From assembly GCF_030684315.1 (NCBI RefSeq), contig NC_081384.1:18700818-18764817 (forward strand): a DNA stretch of 64,000 bases. Reading direction: 5' to 3'. The notes under the pieces are model-generated. The model searched no databases and had not been told where the DNA came from. It saw nothing but the letters and a program-made list of their open reading frames with translations. The position numbers were made by a program, and so were the translations under genes. Below, piece by piece: positions 1 through 12,228 of the stretch; position 1 is the first letter of the stretch; each line of letters begins with the position of its first letter. The stretch is from Stegostoma tigrinum. Its lineage: Eukaryota.

Positions 1-159
1 AACGGAAATATGACTGATTCTGGATTGCCTCTGAAAAGACCCAACAAGTCTTTCAGTTCAAGAGTAAATAGGGATTACATCAGAAACAGCTTGGTCAACC
101 TCACTCTCATCCTGCAAAAGAGTAAAGAAAATAAAATTGAAATGGAATCCGAAGAAAGA

Positions 160-362
160 TTAGGATGAGGGTGTCACTGGCTCGGCCAGCATTTATTGCC
201 CATCCCCAACAGTTAACATTGCTGTGGGTCTGGAGTCACGTGTAGTCAAGAGCAGGTAAGGATGGCAGTTTCCTTCCCTAAAGGATATTAGTGAAGCAGA
301 TAGGTTTTTCCAACATTCAACACAGGATTCATGATCACCAATGGAACATTAATTCCAGATAT
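160..362 (-). mobile_element. SacSINE1-like DeuSINE fragment
   Basis: cattgctgtgggtctggagtcac...aggtaaggatggcagtttccttccctaaagga is the reverse of the Deu-domain core. Further copies at ~1160-1500, ~25440-25980 and ~49190-49460. Confidence 0.7.
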
Positions 363-369
363 TCCTCTA

Positions 370-775
370 CATTGGGGAAACCTAGCGGAGGCTTGGGGAC
401 CGCTTTGCAGAACACCTCCGCTCAATTCGCAACTAACAACTACACCTCCCAGTCGCGAGCCATTTTAACTCCCCCTCCCATTCCTTAGACGACACGTCCA
501 TCATGGGCCCCCTGCAGTGCCACGATAATGCCACCCGAAGGTTGCAGGAACAGCAACTCATATTCCGCTTGGGAACCCTGCAGCCCAATGGTATCAATGT
601 GGACTTCACAAGCTTCAAAATCTCCCCCTTCCCCACTGCATCTCAAAACCAGCCCCGCTCATCCCCTCCCACCGCCCCCCCGCCTCCCCACCCCCGCCCC
701 GGCATCCTAAAACCAGCCCAGCTCCACACTTCGTTATCTTGGATTCTCCAGCATCTGCAGTTCCCATTATCACCA
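370..775 (+). mobile_element. Penelope-like element 3' fragment (GIY-YIG C-terminus)
   Basis: Encodes QCHDNATRRLQEQQLIFRLGTLQPNGINVDFTSFK, near-identical to the 51158-52069 ORF. Ends with the same terminus ccagcatctgcagttcccattatcac. Confidence 0.88.
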
Positions 776-2218
776 AAATAAAATAGACAGTCTGGTTAAA
801 GTCATGAAGCACAAATAACTGAAAGAAAGCAAGCCGGACCAAGCTGGAATGCAAATATTTTAATGGATTGAAGTGGAACGTAACTTGATGCAATGGAGTT
901 GAAGATCATTGTTTCACACTGGGAATTAGCTTGCCCACTGGCTCAGACTGATGGGATAGAGTCCTCTATTTCTCACGATTGTAAAGACTGTGAGTGTAAG
1001 GAGTTAGTGCAAACCATAACCAGCTTGTAACGGGTGTGCATCCCCAGCACAGAACTGTCCAAATTTCAGCAAATTAGCATTTAATTCTGAAGGACTCCAA
1101 GGCTGCCTTGCATGGACATTAGCAACTGAAAAAGATTAGAGTTTTTACAAATTTATTCTTTCACCAAGTATTAGGATTGCTAACAGGGTTAGCATTTGTT
1201 GCCATCTCTAACTACTCTTGTACTGAAGGGCTTGTTTGGCTGTTTCAGAGAGCACTTGTGAGGCAATGACAATGCCATAGGCCAGGAGTCAAAGGCAGGG
1301 CAGACTAGGCATGGATGACAGATTTCTCTCTGAGGGACAAACATGAACCAGATGAGATTTTATGATGCTTGATGATAATTGTCACAGTATCTTTGCTGAG
1401 ACTACTTTTGTTCAAGATTTAGTAGCAGAATTTAAATTCCATCGGCTGCTAAACTAGAATTTAAATCTGTTTCTCCAGGCCATTAGTGTGGGCTTCTGGT
1501 AGCTTACTCATGTGGGACATGTTCAGATCCCATGTTATCAATGTGATCAAGAAGCCCTGTCAAGCACTGCTGTTACACCAGAGGCTCTAATGACCATAGT
1601 TTAACCTTTGGAAATGTGCTTCAACTGAGGAGGGGGGAAAAAAAAGTCTTCATAATCTGAAATTATGCTTCCTGCTCTACTACTTTCATCCAATTATGGC
1701 ACACTATTAATATACAAGGTATCATCAGATCAATGCAAAATATCCAATAGAATTAATGGAAAGGAAGATAAGTTGCTGAGGAGGGTTGACTCTGAAACTG
1801 AAAGCATCAGTTTCAGAGTGGAATACTTAATGTTGCCATATCCTATGTTCCTCAGAATGAATTTAATTAGCTCCTTCCAGAGGATACCAAAGACAAATCA
1901 ATTGATCATGATTAAAGGTATGTTTTCAGAATCAATTAATTCAAGAAACCATGTCATACTGATTTAAATCAAATTAATGGTGCTATGTTTTCTTCATGAG
2001 TTGAAATGACAACTATAAACACTAACAGTTTACATTTTATATTCAACATAGAAGTTGACCTATTTTTCTGGAAGGATAGTTAAAGCCTTCAGAGGTTGAC
2101 TTTCATTGCTAATATCTACAGCGGCAGCTGTATATTCCAGCTCCTAACACTGTCATCTCTCACCGTGACCAACATTCATTTGTTGGAATTGAGACTAAGA
2201 TGGTCTGCCGTAACTTAC

Positions 2219-2357
2219 AGCTCATCCAGATTGTTGTGCCGATAAATCCAATAGTTGGAGGCCTTCAGTCCTAAATCTTCTGTTGTGCCTTTGAGACCAA
2301 CAAAGACAAGGAATGATCCCATGCTATGCTGGACCATATCAAGCTGGGATCGAATGG
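2219..2357 (-). CDS. RETSAT: RETSAT-like exon 7 (139 bp); gene continues beyond the left edge of the window
   Basis: ctcatgcag|CC ... GAG CT|gtaagt. Encodes AIRSQLDMVQHSMGSFLVFVGLKGTTEDLGLKASNYWIYRHNNLDEL. No exon 8 recognised in 1-2218. Confidence 0.93.
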
Positions 2358-2754
2358 CTGCATGAGAAAAGCACTGTTTAGCATTATTATTGCTGTGTTC
2401 CACTACATGGCAAACCATACGCACTCTCCATATTTATGTCATGGATGGGATGAAAGTACCATATTAAGATTTAAGTAAGCAATGTCTTGTAATCTATCTG
2501 ACGCCTTTAGTGATAGCAGCAATATTCAGTGAAGTAAGGTCAGGCAGCCAGTCAGGTAGAGGAGTGTCTCTGTTAGTTAGTGATGAAATTAGTATAATGG
2601 AAAGGGATCTCCAAAGTTCATGAAACCAGGATGTAAACAGTTGCATAGAGATGAGAAATAATTCGGACAAGAAATCAAACATGGTATGGTAGAACTGCAA
2701 GGAAGAAATAACGGGAGATTGTTAGAAAGGCCTGATGGTAATCATGAGAGATTA

Positions 2755-3038
2755 GATTCCCTACAGTGTGGAAACAGGACCTTTGGCCCAGCAAGCATCC
2801 CACCCAGACCCATCCCTCTATAACCCACACACTCCTGAACATTATGGGCAAATTAGCATGGCCAATCCACCTAGCCTGGACATCTGTGGACTGTGGGAGG
2901 AAACTGAAGCACCTGGAGCAAACCCACACAGACACAGAGAACATGCAAACTCCACACAGACAGTTGCCCGAGGCTGGAATTGAACGGAGGTCCCTGGTGC
3001 TGTGAGGCTGCAGTGCTAACCACTGAGCGACCGTGCTG
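2755..3038 (-). mobile_element. HE1-like tRNA-derived V-SINE
   Basis: Minus strand gcacggtcgctcagtggttagcactgcagcctcacagcaccagg...gttcaattcc (A/B boxes), V-domain tgtgtggagtttgcatgttctc, and a LINE-like tail. Confidence 0.88.
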
Positions 3039-3744
3039 TCAATCTACATAATCTATATAACAACCGGAAAAGTCAGATTGAAAAACATAGCCTAAGAGAA
3101 GAATTCATAGAATGTGTTTGGAATAGTTTGTTGGAACAACATGTTCTGGAGCCAACCTACTACTGCTTCTAGTTTGTGGCAAGGCTTTTTATCAGTTAAG
3201 TCATTTGATGGTTTTCAAATTACAGAGAAACAGGAATATTGTTCTATTTATAGCAAATGATATATAGCCATTAAAGATCACTTGTTTAGCAATCCCATAC
3301 ACTCAAGAATACAATATATCGATTAACCACAGGGAAGCAAACTTCTGAAGTTGATAACAAGAAGATTGCTTTGGAAATAAAATCAAAATGACGGCACTTG
3401 AAAAAGGAGGAAGAGAGACAAAGACAAGATCCACATGGGCAGTGATTCAAACAGAGAAAGAGACCTACACTGCCCTCTGGCCCAGCAGTAACTCGCATAG
3501 CTGCTGCCTTTGCTGTCTGGTTTTAAGTATCTCTGGGCATCGGAACTTGTTCTTAAAAAAAAAACAGCGAAATTCACAACTGTCCTGGGAAAAACCTGTG
3601 AGTGGGGGCTCACAGCCGAGGAGCAGCTAATTGGCTTTTAAAGCGCAACCTTAATGTTTTATGTACGTAAATCAACAATAGTGAGCAGACTGGGTTTTTG
3701 TTTTTGATTTATATGTTGCTATTGAGCTCTGTCTCTTGATTCAT

Positions 3745-4027
3745 AGATTTAAGATGAGAGGAAACAGATTTAAAAGGAGCCTAAGGTGCGACTTCTTCAC
3801 ACAGAGGGTGGTGCATGTATGGAATGAGCTGCCAGAGGAAGTGGTGCAGGCTGGTACAATTACAACATTTAAAAGGCATCTAGATGGGTATATGAATATA
3901 AAGGGTTTAGAGGGAGTTCAGCCAGATGCTGGTAAAAGAGACGAGATTTATTTCCAATATCCGTTCAGCATGGATGAGTTGGACCGAAGGGTCTGTTTCT
4001 GTGCTGCACAGCTCTATGACTCTATGG
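3745..4027 (+). mobile_element. CR1/HER1 3' end fragment
   Basis: Encodes FFTQRVVHVWNELPEEVV...FKRHLDGYM. ctctatgactctatg tail. Confidence 0.85.
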
Positions 4028-4059
4028 TAGTATAATTGATAAAGCAGACAGCTTCTCAC

Positions 4060-4179
4060 CGGGTTTTGCTTGAATTTCTTTTGGTAGAAGATGTTCATAA
4101 GTGTTGAATATTCCAGCATCAGAGATCACTGAAGGGGCATATATACATTCTTCTTCTTGTCCTTTAGTTACAGCTACTC
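4060..4179 (-). CDS. RETSAT: RETSAT-like exon 6 (120 bp; not in the ORF track in this frame)
   Basis: Manual translation: ctctgtag|GA ... CCC G|gtgag gives GVAVTKGQEEECIYAPSVISDAGIFNTYEHLLPKEIQAKP (conserved S-[DN]-AG-x-FNTY motif). Confidence 0.93.
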
Positions 4180-4430
4180 CTACAGAGAGAAATGCTTAAA
4201 GTGGAGATGTTTCAAATGCAGTAAAGTAACATCACAAAAATGATTGGAACAAACACGTTGAAATAAAACTTGATTGGGAAGTGGAATACATTGTCCTGAT
4301 GAAAAACTGTTCTGCAGAATGTGACTTGATCAATGAATAGCACTTGGTGATTGAAGGCTGTAATGGCCTGCCTTTCTGACTAAGAGGTAGGAACTGAGGG
4401 GAAAGAAAAGTATCGTGAATTTAAACTTAC

Positions 4431-4628
4431 CAATAGCTTCCCCATCTTTGTTTATCAATATCCGTTGAACAGGAGCACGCACGAGAACAGCACCACCTGC
4501 CCTCTGTATGACTGGGATGATATGGAAGGCGATCTCGCTGGCTCCTCCTTTTGGATACCATGCTCCACGCTTATAATGATGTATCAGTAGTGCATTCATA
4601 ACAAAGCTGGTGTCTTTGGGAGCAACAC
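4431..4628 (-). CDS. RETSAT: RETSAT-like exon 5 (198 bp)
   Basis: cattag|GT ... ATT G|gtaagt. Encodes GVAPKDTSFVMNALLIHHYKRGAWYPKGGASEIAFHIIPVIQRAGGAVLVRAPVQRILINKDGEAI. Confidence 0.96.
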
Positions 4629-5734
4629 CTAATGAGGCAAATCATTTTTTTTTCCAAATGCACAATAACCACAGTACTAATCTTTTCAGAGTCATTATAA
4701 AGTATAAGAAAATTATGATATTTACTACAAATGTAGAATGCATACAGTCATGCAGTTGCTTTCATGCTTCTGTGATCAACACTGTAATGATGATCTTGCA
4801 TGCAAGTATTAAATTGTGCATACCCTCAGTTTAACAAACAATGTGCCATATCATTGCCCTGTAACATCCATCTCCAATAAAAGATAACCTAATCACTTCC
4901 CCTCATCATTCATTAGGATTACTACCTTTGAATATTTTACCAAAATCTTAGGTTACCAGACTGAACTGGACTAGCCATTTGGAGGTTGTGGCAGGTCAGA
5001 GTCCGGGAATCTGCAATGAATACTTCATCTCCTGACTCCTTAAAACTTCTACACCCTCCGTAATGCACAAGATAAGAGTGTGATATCCTCTCTAGCTGCT
5101 TATGCTGTGTCAGGAACATTCAAGAAGCATGGCACTGTCCAGGCAAAGAAATCCGCTTGATTGGCATTCCACGCAACACGATTGGCATTCCACGCAACAC
5201 AATTGGCACAGGTGACACATGGCTGTGGAGGATATCTTCTATAAAATTCACAGAAGTAAGTCCCTAAGGTTCCATTAACAACACCCCCCACGCTGTGACG
5301 GGTAAACACAGGATGCATTTGATCACTGGCAGCTGCAGATTCTGCTCTAGTCATTCTAATGTAGAAACATAATGCAGACACTTGATGTTGCTTTGGCAAA
5401 GGTTTTGGAATTTCCAAATGAACAGGCTGATGACTGTACCTTCAACACACAGCCTACAGCAATTCATGAAGGTGGTTCACTGTGGTCTTCTACAGGCCAA
5501 ATAGAAATAGCTAATAAAGAGGTTTTGGCTCAAGTGAGCTGTTTCATCTGGGATGACATTGAACATCTTGTGTATGTCATTTTCCAATTGGGCATGATGA
5601 GCATGAAGAAACTGACATGGAACAAAATATTTGGCCAGTAAAAGAAAAAGGTAGGATGTTTTTGATAGCATTTGCATTGTCAAATCCAACTGAACACACA
5701 CCCACACCAGCTCAACAGAATCAGTAGCTGTAAC

Positions 5735-5823
5735 AAAAACAAAAGTTGCTGGTAAAGCTCAGCAGGTCTGGCAGCATTTCTGAAGAAAAGATCAGTTCAT
5801 GTTTCGTGTCTGGTGACCCTTCC
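5735..5823 (-). mobile_element. ~90-bp Penelope-terminus-derived insertion, same family as 32137-32230
   Basis: 14-bp TSD tcagtagctgtaac (5721-5734) / tcagtatctgtaac (5824-5837). Degenerate hammerhead core ctgaggaagggtcaccagacacgaaacatg. Confidence 0.7.
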
Positions 5824-5937
5824 TCAGTATCTGTAACGTTTCATTGGTTAGTCTATCTTAAACACAAGGGCTTCACCTTTATTGACCTGTTAGCATGGGA
5901 GAGAAAGGTAATGAGAGAAATATAAGGTTCCTCTTAC

Positions 5938-6133
5938 CAGTAAATATGTAACAAAAGACTGCTCGGAGATCCTGGTTCTCTGTTAGTTCATTAACCACCT
6001 TTGTAAGGCTTGTGCTTGCAACCTTGAATATTGTAGAAATCCAATGGACCATGCCTGTCCTGACAAGGAATTTGGCTAATGGGAAGGGGATCATCTTTAG
6101 TACAGCAATCAGAGGTACTTGTTTTGAAACTTG
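5938..6133 (-). CDS. RETSAT: RETSAT-like exon 4 (196 bp)
   Basis: tttacag|CAA ... ACT G|gtaaga. Encodes QVSKQVPLIAVLKMIPFPLAKFL...ENQDLRAVFCYIFT. Confidence 0.92.
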
Positions 6134-7109
6134 CTGTAAAATAGAACAGAGATAACAAAATTCTTCCCAGTTAGTGTTCTGTGAATTTACTTCTATAACA
6201 TATTTCAATTATTTAGGGAAAATAATCCCTTTGAAGAATAATTACCTAAGGAATTTACAACTGCAATACCCCTGGTGTTCCTAAGTCAAACTATTTTTCA
6301 CCATTAAATTTGAATTAAAGGGGAAACAAACATGTTTCTTCATCATGTATCATTGTTACATTTCAGGTGTGTACAGAGCCATTTTTCAAGAGAGCAACAT
6401 ATTTTTAAACATCAAAGTTTAACAACAGCTGATCTGAATGCATTCAGTGTGCCAAAATTCTAGGATTGAAGGGAAATCATGTTTGTCAGATTCCTTGCTC
6501 TAGGTACTTTTTGGAAACTGAAGAAACATCAACCGAGGCTGAAGTCATCAATGGGAAAATAGCAATCCCATTGTTTGCCTTTGCCAATGTTCATCATCTA
6601 AAGGCATTGAGTTTTATGATTTTTAACCTTATCAGGATTTGCATTGTCAATTTTATTTTTAATATCAGCATTTAATGCAGCTTTTCTTTAAATGAAAAGT
6701 CTATCAGCCAATCCCCAAAACATTCAAATAAGATCGACATGCAATTTCACCTGACTCTGCTGATTTAAAAACAAGGAAGGGAGAACAAATCTCTTTTAAA
6801 ATGTTCAGATAGGGATGATGTGCAATAAATATTTTAAAACGTGCAAAGTGAGACCCTGTAGTGATTTTTGGCCTCTCCTCAGATTGTCACACTATAGGCA
6901 GATAAATTGGGCTGTATCACATCCAATCTCCAGAGTGTGATGGAGTAGCTGTGTTGGTGGTAGTCTAATAATCCAGAGACCCAGCTAATATTCTGGGCTC
7001 AAGTCACATTATGGAATCTGAATTCAAAAGGAAAAGAATCTGGAAGTAATAGTCTAACACTGACCATGAAATAATTGTTGGAGGCATTGGATACTGCAAA
7101 GGAGTCAAG

Positions 7110-7260
7110 GGTCAAGGACGTTCAGCTTCTGATCTTCGGGTAAGTATCCTCCAAGGTACACAACAATGCAACATCGCTGAGCAGAGGCTGATAGCCAAGT
7201 CCCATACCCATGAAGACGGCCTCAATCATGATCCTTGGTTCGTATCGTACCACAGGTGGC
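7110..7260 (+). mobile_element. Degenerate Penelope-like endonuclease C-terminal fragment (second subfamily)
   Basis: Translates to SASDLRVSILQG...IAEQRLIAK.HTHEDGLNHD, typical of the end of a PLE GIY-YIG domain. Followed by a CT/CA microsatellite. Confidence 0.55.
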
Positions 7261-7284
7261 CCCCCCCGCCCCAACAGTAAATAC

Positions 7285-7391
7285 TCACACACTCTCACTC
7301 TCTCTCACTCTCTCTCACTCTCTCTCACTCTCTCTCACTCTCTCTCACTCTCTCTCTCTCACTCTCTCTCACTCACTCTCTCTCACTCACT
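7285..7391. repeat. CT/CA-rich microsatellite running into an assembly gap
   Basis: (ctctctctca)n, resuming after the gap. Confidence 0.9.
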
Positions 7392-7927
7392 NNNNNNNNN
7401 NNNNNNNNNNNNNNNNNNNNNNNNNNNNNNNNNNNNNNNNNNNNNNNNNNNNNNNNNNNNNNNNNNNNNNNNNNNNNNNNNNNNNNNNNNNNNNNNNNNN
7501 NNNNNNNNNNNNNNNNNNNNNNNNNNNNNNNNNNNNNNNNNNNNNNNNNNNNNNNNNNNNNNNNNNNNNNNNNNNNNNNNNNNNNNNNNNNNNNNNNNNN
7601 NNNNNNNNNNNNNNNNNNNNNNNNNNNNNNNNNNNNNNNNNNNNNNNNNNNNNNNNNNNNNNNNNNNNNNNNNNNNNNNNNNNNNNNNNNNNNNNNNNNN
7701 NNNNNNNNNNNNNNNNNNNNNNNNNNNNNNNNNNNNNNNNNNNNNNNNNNNNNNNNNNNNNNNNNNNNNNNNNNNNNNNNNNNNNNNNNNNNNNNNNNNN
7801 NNNNNNNNNNNNNNNNNNNNNNNNNNNNNNNNNNNNNNNNNNNNNNNNNNNNNNNNNNNNNNNNNNNNNNNNNNNNNNNNNNNNNNNNNNNNNNNNNNNN
7901 NNNNNNNNNNNNNNNNNNNNNNNNNNN
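7392..7927. other. Assembly gap (536 N)
   Basis: Run of N. Confidence 1.
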
Positions 7928-8144
7928 TTCTCTCACACACACAGTCCCTCACAGTTTGACCTTCTCGAGAACACACGTGCACACTCTCCCTCTTTCACTC
8001 TCTCTTTCTCACACAGAGATACGGACACCATGTACATTCCATGTACAAAGAAAAGAAAAACCTGGAAGTGAGGCAATCCAGCTCAACAGACCCCCAGAGT
8101 TTAAAAACCAGGCAGGAAAACACACCAACGTGTTATCGGAGGCT

Positions 8145-8184
8145 GCACTGAGGATGTTACCCAGCAGGGTAACGAAATGTCTGC
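8145..8184 (+). ncRNA. Minimal type I hammerhead ribozyme motif in a Penelope-like 3' terminus (~8060-8260)
   Basis: GCA-CTGAGGA-T-GTTACCC-AGCA-GGGTAAC-GAAA-T-GTC-TGC: stem I GCA/UGC, CUGANGA core, perfect 7-bp stem II, GAAA and a GUC cleavage triplet. Confidence 0.72.
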
Positions 8185-8254
8185 GGAACAACAAACAAGC
8201 TTGGCGAGCGAACCAACCCCAACACCCAAAACGCGAGCTACAGATCTCCTCCAA

Positions 8255-8950
8255 AAACCTTAATGGTTATGGTTATTGGTAGTCAGTACTCCCAGCTGCA
8301 AGAAATCTCTGTAGGAGTTTCTCAGAGTAATCTCCCAAGCCCAACCAACTTCAGCTGCTTCATCAATGAACGTCCCCCCCAGGATAAGGTTAGAAATGGG
8401 GATGTGCAATTATCAGTGAACAATGTTCAGCACCATTTGTGGCTCCTCAGGTCTGAAACAGTCCATGTCCAAATGCAGAAAGGCCTGGTCAATATCCAGA
8501 CAAGTGGCATAAAGCCTGACATCATCCAAGGCAAAGCACCTCACTTGATTAGCACCACATCCCAAATATTCACTCCCCCCCACTACCAGTGTGCAGTAGC
8601 AGCAGTGTGTACTATCTACAAGATGCACTGCGGAGATTTACCAAGGCTCCTGAGACAGCACCTTGCAAAGCCATGTCCACTACCATCTAGAAAGACAAGG
8701 GCAGCAGATACATACCACTTGCAAGTTCCCCTCCAAGCTACACTTCATCCTGATTTAGAAATATAGCGTTGTTCTTTCAGTGTCACTGGGTCAAGTTTGT
8801 GGAACTCTCTACAAACAGATTTGTGGATTCACCTACACTAAATGGACTGCAGTGTTTCAAGAAAACAGATCACCATCACCTTCTGAAGGGCAATTGAAGA
8901 AGGACAGCAAAATGTTGGTCCAGCCCATATTCTATGAAAGAATATTTAAA
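8255..8950 (+). mobile_element. Degenerate L2/CR1-type LINE 3' fragment sharing its tail with the DeuSINEs
   Basis: SVGVSQSNLPSPTNFSCFINE (GVPQGS-like RT motif remnant) and a gaagggcaattg...tatgaaagaat tail. Related pieces at ~26300-26560, ~31680-32340 and ~47660-48760. Confidence 0.6.
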
Positions 8951-9454
8951 AGGAAGGACATAGGCTTGATAGTAATGCCTCATACCTTCCCCCAAAGCCT
9001 CAGCAGTCACCCTATTGCCTTGGACCACCTTTGATTCTCCCTGGCAGTTGCGTGAAGAGAGTTAAGGCATTTGAAAGTCACAAATAAAGGTCCTTCATAG
9101 ATACAGTTTAAAAATTGTGGAAACACTATTTCATTTGTTCCTTGGCGCATTAAATAATTCTTGGCTCTAAGATTCAGAAACTCTCACAAACCAGCAACGT
9201 GGCAATGACCAAATTATCTGCGTTTCGGTGATGTTGGTTGAGAGATAAATATTGAGCAGTATACAATGGAGAACTTCTTTGTTGTTCTATGAAACAGTGC
9301 TGAATGATCCCTTGTATCCACCTGAGAGGACAGTTGAGACCTCAACTGCATATCTCATTGGAAGAAAGGCTGGCGATATGGGGGCAAGATCTGTTTCCTG
9401 ACTCCTTGCTCATGGATTGTTTCAGAAAACTGAGCGCAAGTACTGAACACGTTG

Positions 9455-9790
9455 GGTGGCATGGTGGGTCCATGGTTAACACTGCTGCCTCACAATACTG
9501 GGGACTTGGGTTTGATTCCACTCAGTGTGGAGTTTGCACATTCTCCCAGTGCCTGCATGTTTTTTCTCCAGGTGCTCTGGTTTCCTCCCATACTCCAAAG
9601 ATGTACGGGTTAGGGTGGAATTGCCATGTGAAATTGCCCATGGTGTCCAAGCATGTTTAAGTTAGGTGGGTTAGACATGGGAAAAGCAATGTTTGTAAGG
9701 GAATAGGTCTGTTAGGGATACTGTTCAGAGGGGCAATGTGGATTTGTTGGGCCAAATTGCCTGTTTCCATACTGGAGGGATTCCATGAAC
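9455..9790 (+). mobile_element. HE1-like V-SINE
   Basis: ggtggcatggtgg...gttaacactgctgcctcac...gtgtggagtttgcacattctcc. Confidence 0.8.
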
Positions 9791-9939
9791 TTCACAATCA
9801 AACCTACCAACAAATGTTGCTCTGCGAGAGCAAGCCATCATCATTCAGAAGTAAATATTTGGAGGTCAGATGCCTTCAGTAAAGTCCAAAAGGACCTCCA
9901 AACTTCAACTTAGTACACCATTTCAACTTGGAGACATTA

Positions 9940-10262
9940 TTTTATTCAGTCACAAGATGATGGTATTGCAGACTAGGCCAGTATTCATTGGCAGTTAAGA
10001 GCCAATGACATTGTTTCGGTCTGGAGCCACATGTAGGCCAGACCAGATAAGGATGCCAGATTCCTCCCCTCAGGACATTAGTGAACCAGATAGGTTTTTT
10101 TCCTGACAATTGCCATCACTAGACTTTTTAAAAAAATTCTGATTCTTAGTGAGTTCAAATTGTCCCACTTGCCATGGCAAAATTTTGAACCCAGGTCCCC
10201 AGAACATTACCTTGGCCTCTGGAATAATAGCCTAGAGATAATGCCACCAGGCCATCAGCTCC
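9940..10262 (-). mobile_element. SacSINE1-like DeuSINE, near full length
   Basis: tRNA-like head (gctgatggcctggtggcatt...gggttcaaa on the minus strand) plus the Deu core. Confidence 0.72.
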
Positions 10263-11596
10263 CCTTCTTGTGCAGAAAATGTGGAGGACTAGGATAAAGT
10301 GGACCAGCAGGCATCTGAGGATCAGGAGAAAGAACAAGGCCCAGCAATGGTGCCAGACTCCACAATCCTATAAAAGAAACTAATCAATAAAATGACTTTA
10401 CTCATCTCTCCCTCCAATGCCAACTACAACTTTCACAACCACTGAGATGAGCCATGCTCTAGTCTTGAACTTGATCTGAATGCAAAGTGAATAAAGCCAA
10501 GTAGCAAGCTGGTTGATCACAGTTCATTGGAAATGCATTTTCACTGGTGTTGAGAACAATGAATCACCCCGTGCAAATCTAGTTTTTAACCTTAGGTACC
10601 TGATTGTATATTATGGTTGTGTCAGGAGGATATTTCCCAGTGGCAATGGACAGGAAGGTAGGGTCTGTTTAGATGAACCTTGGATGACTTTATTTTTGAC
10701 TTCCAGAAGCTCCAGCCTTTCAGGGCCTGGCAACATCTTGATGGTGCCTATGGCAGTGCCACCAGCTGGTTGTCTGACACTGGCACTAGTTGAGAAGTTG
10801 GTGTGAGAACAGATGCCTTGCCATCCTGAGAATGGGATGACACTATGGAAGTGCATGGGCCTGTATTCGCTTAGAGTTCGGAAGGATGACAGGTGGTCTG
10901 ATTGAAACATAAAATTCTAACAGGGACTGACAGACTGGATGGAGAGAGGATGGTGCAACTTAGAAACATTCTTGTAGAATTGCAGTTGGGTTACGGGGCA
11001 GAGGAAGGGCATTTGGCCCATCATGCCTGCACTGGCTTGCAAAATGGGTATGATTACCGAATGCTAGTGTCTTGTTTCGTGCCCACACCTTTGCATATTA
11101 TTTTTACCCAAATGTTAATAAAGTGGCTGCTTGAATGCTTCAACTGAATTTGCCTCCACCATACTTTCAGAGAATGAATTCCTTATCCTAACTACTTGTG
11201 AAGTGAAAAGTTTTTCCTCACTTCATTCTTGCTCCTTTAGTACATAACTCTAAACCAATGCTGCCTCCTTTTTGTTCTTTATATAGTGGACACTGTCTAC
11301 TCTGTCCAGCCCGATCATGATTTTGTAAACCTCTATCAGATCTTCTTTTTGTCATCTTTCCTTTAAGGGCAACAGTCCCGACTTCTTCACAATTTATTCT
11401 CGTAACTGAAGTTCCTTATTCCTGGAGCCATTCTTGTGAACCGTTTCTGAACTGTCTCTGCTGCAATCACACCCTTCCTATAGTGTGATGCTCAAAGCTG
11501 TATGGAATTGCCCAGCTGAGATTTCAACAATGACATACACAAGTTTGGTGCTATTTCCTTACTCTCACACTCAATGTCCCTATTAATAAAGTTGTA

Positions 11597-11818
11597 TGTA
11601 GTGATTGAAAAAATTTCAGCCAAGTGGGCCTTATAGAATATGAGTTCCCTGATTGGGGCTGTTAATCTGGTCTGATTAGGGAGCCCTGGCTGACAGATAA
11701 AAACAGGAATGTCAGAGGCTCTGTTCACTCTGAGAGCTGGCTCTGAGGAAGCTGGATCAGTGTCGAAGGCTTTCCATGTGTAAATAAAGGGTGACTGAGT
11801 GCCTCTGGAGTTATTTCA
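11597..11818 (+). mobile_element. Solo LTR (~220 bp)
   Basis: TGTA...TTCA termini, TATA-like gataaaaa and aataaa. Homologous to 16563-16790 in the opposite orientation. Inserted in an old minus-strand CR1. Confidence 0.62.
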
Positions 11819-12048
11819 GTGTGGATGTTGAATGCTTTATTTACTACTCTCTAACTGTCCGACCATTTTCAATGATGTGTGCACATATACACCCAAGCCC
11901 CCTTACTCCCGCAAGCCGAAATTCTAAGAACATTTAGTATCTCCAGCAAAATCCAGTTCAGCTCATTTCCAAAGGAAAGAATGACTTTTGTAACACTTGA
12001 AGTAATTAAAATTTGAACTCATCTGCAGAAATTGTGGACAATTCTTTC

Positions 12049-12074
12049 TTTATTATTATTATTATTATTATTAT
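12049..12074. repeat. (TAT)n microsatellite
   Basis: ttattattattattattattattat. Confidence 0.85.
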
Positions 12075-12228
12075 GGTCCTGACTTAACTTCTTTCCAGTA
12101 CTATACTATCCTTGGTGGAGCTTCAAATTCTTTTTATTTTAAGAAATCAAATGCATAACTTCACTTCTTTTCCACCAAACTGTATCCCAACACATCAGTC
12201 TATGAAAAATAATAACTGCTTATTCTAA

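Noticed and set aside
2960-3038. tRNA-like A/B boxes (also ~9460, ~27190, ~37900, ~53115)
   Set aside because: These are SINE heads with no complete cloverleaf.
5159-5201. 21-bp direct duplication gattggcattccacgcaacac (also a 15-bp duplication at ~13949-13981)
   Set aside because: Local slippage duplications inside decayed LINE sequence, with no evidence of function.
7210-8071. Long ORFs of 189-278 aa
   Set aside because: Artefacts of a microsatellite plus the 536-N gap.
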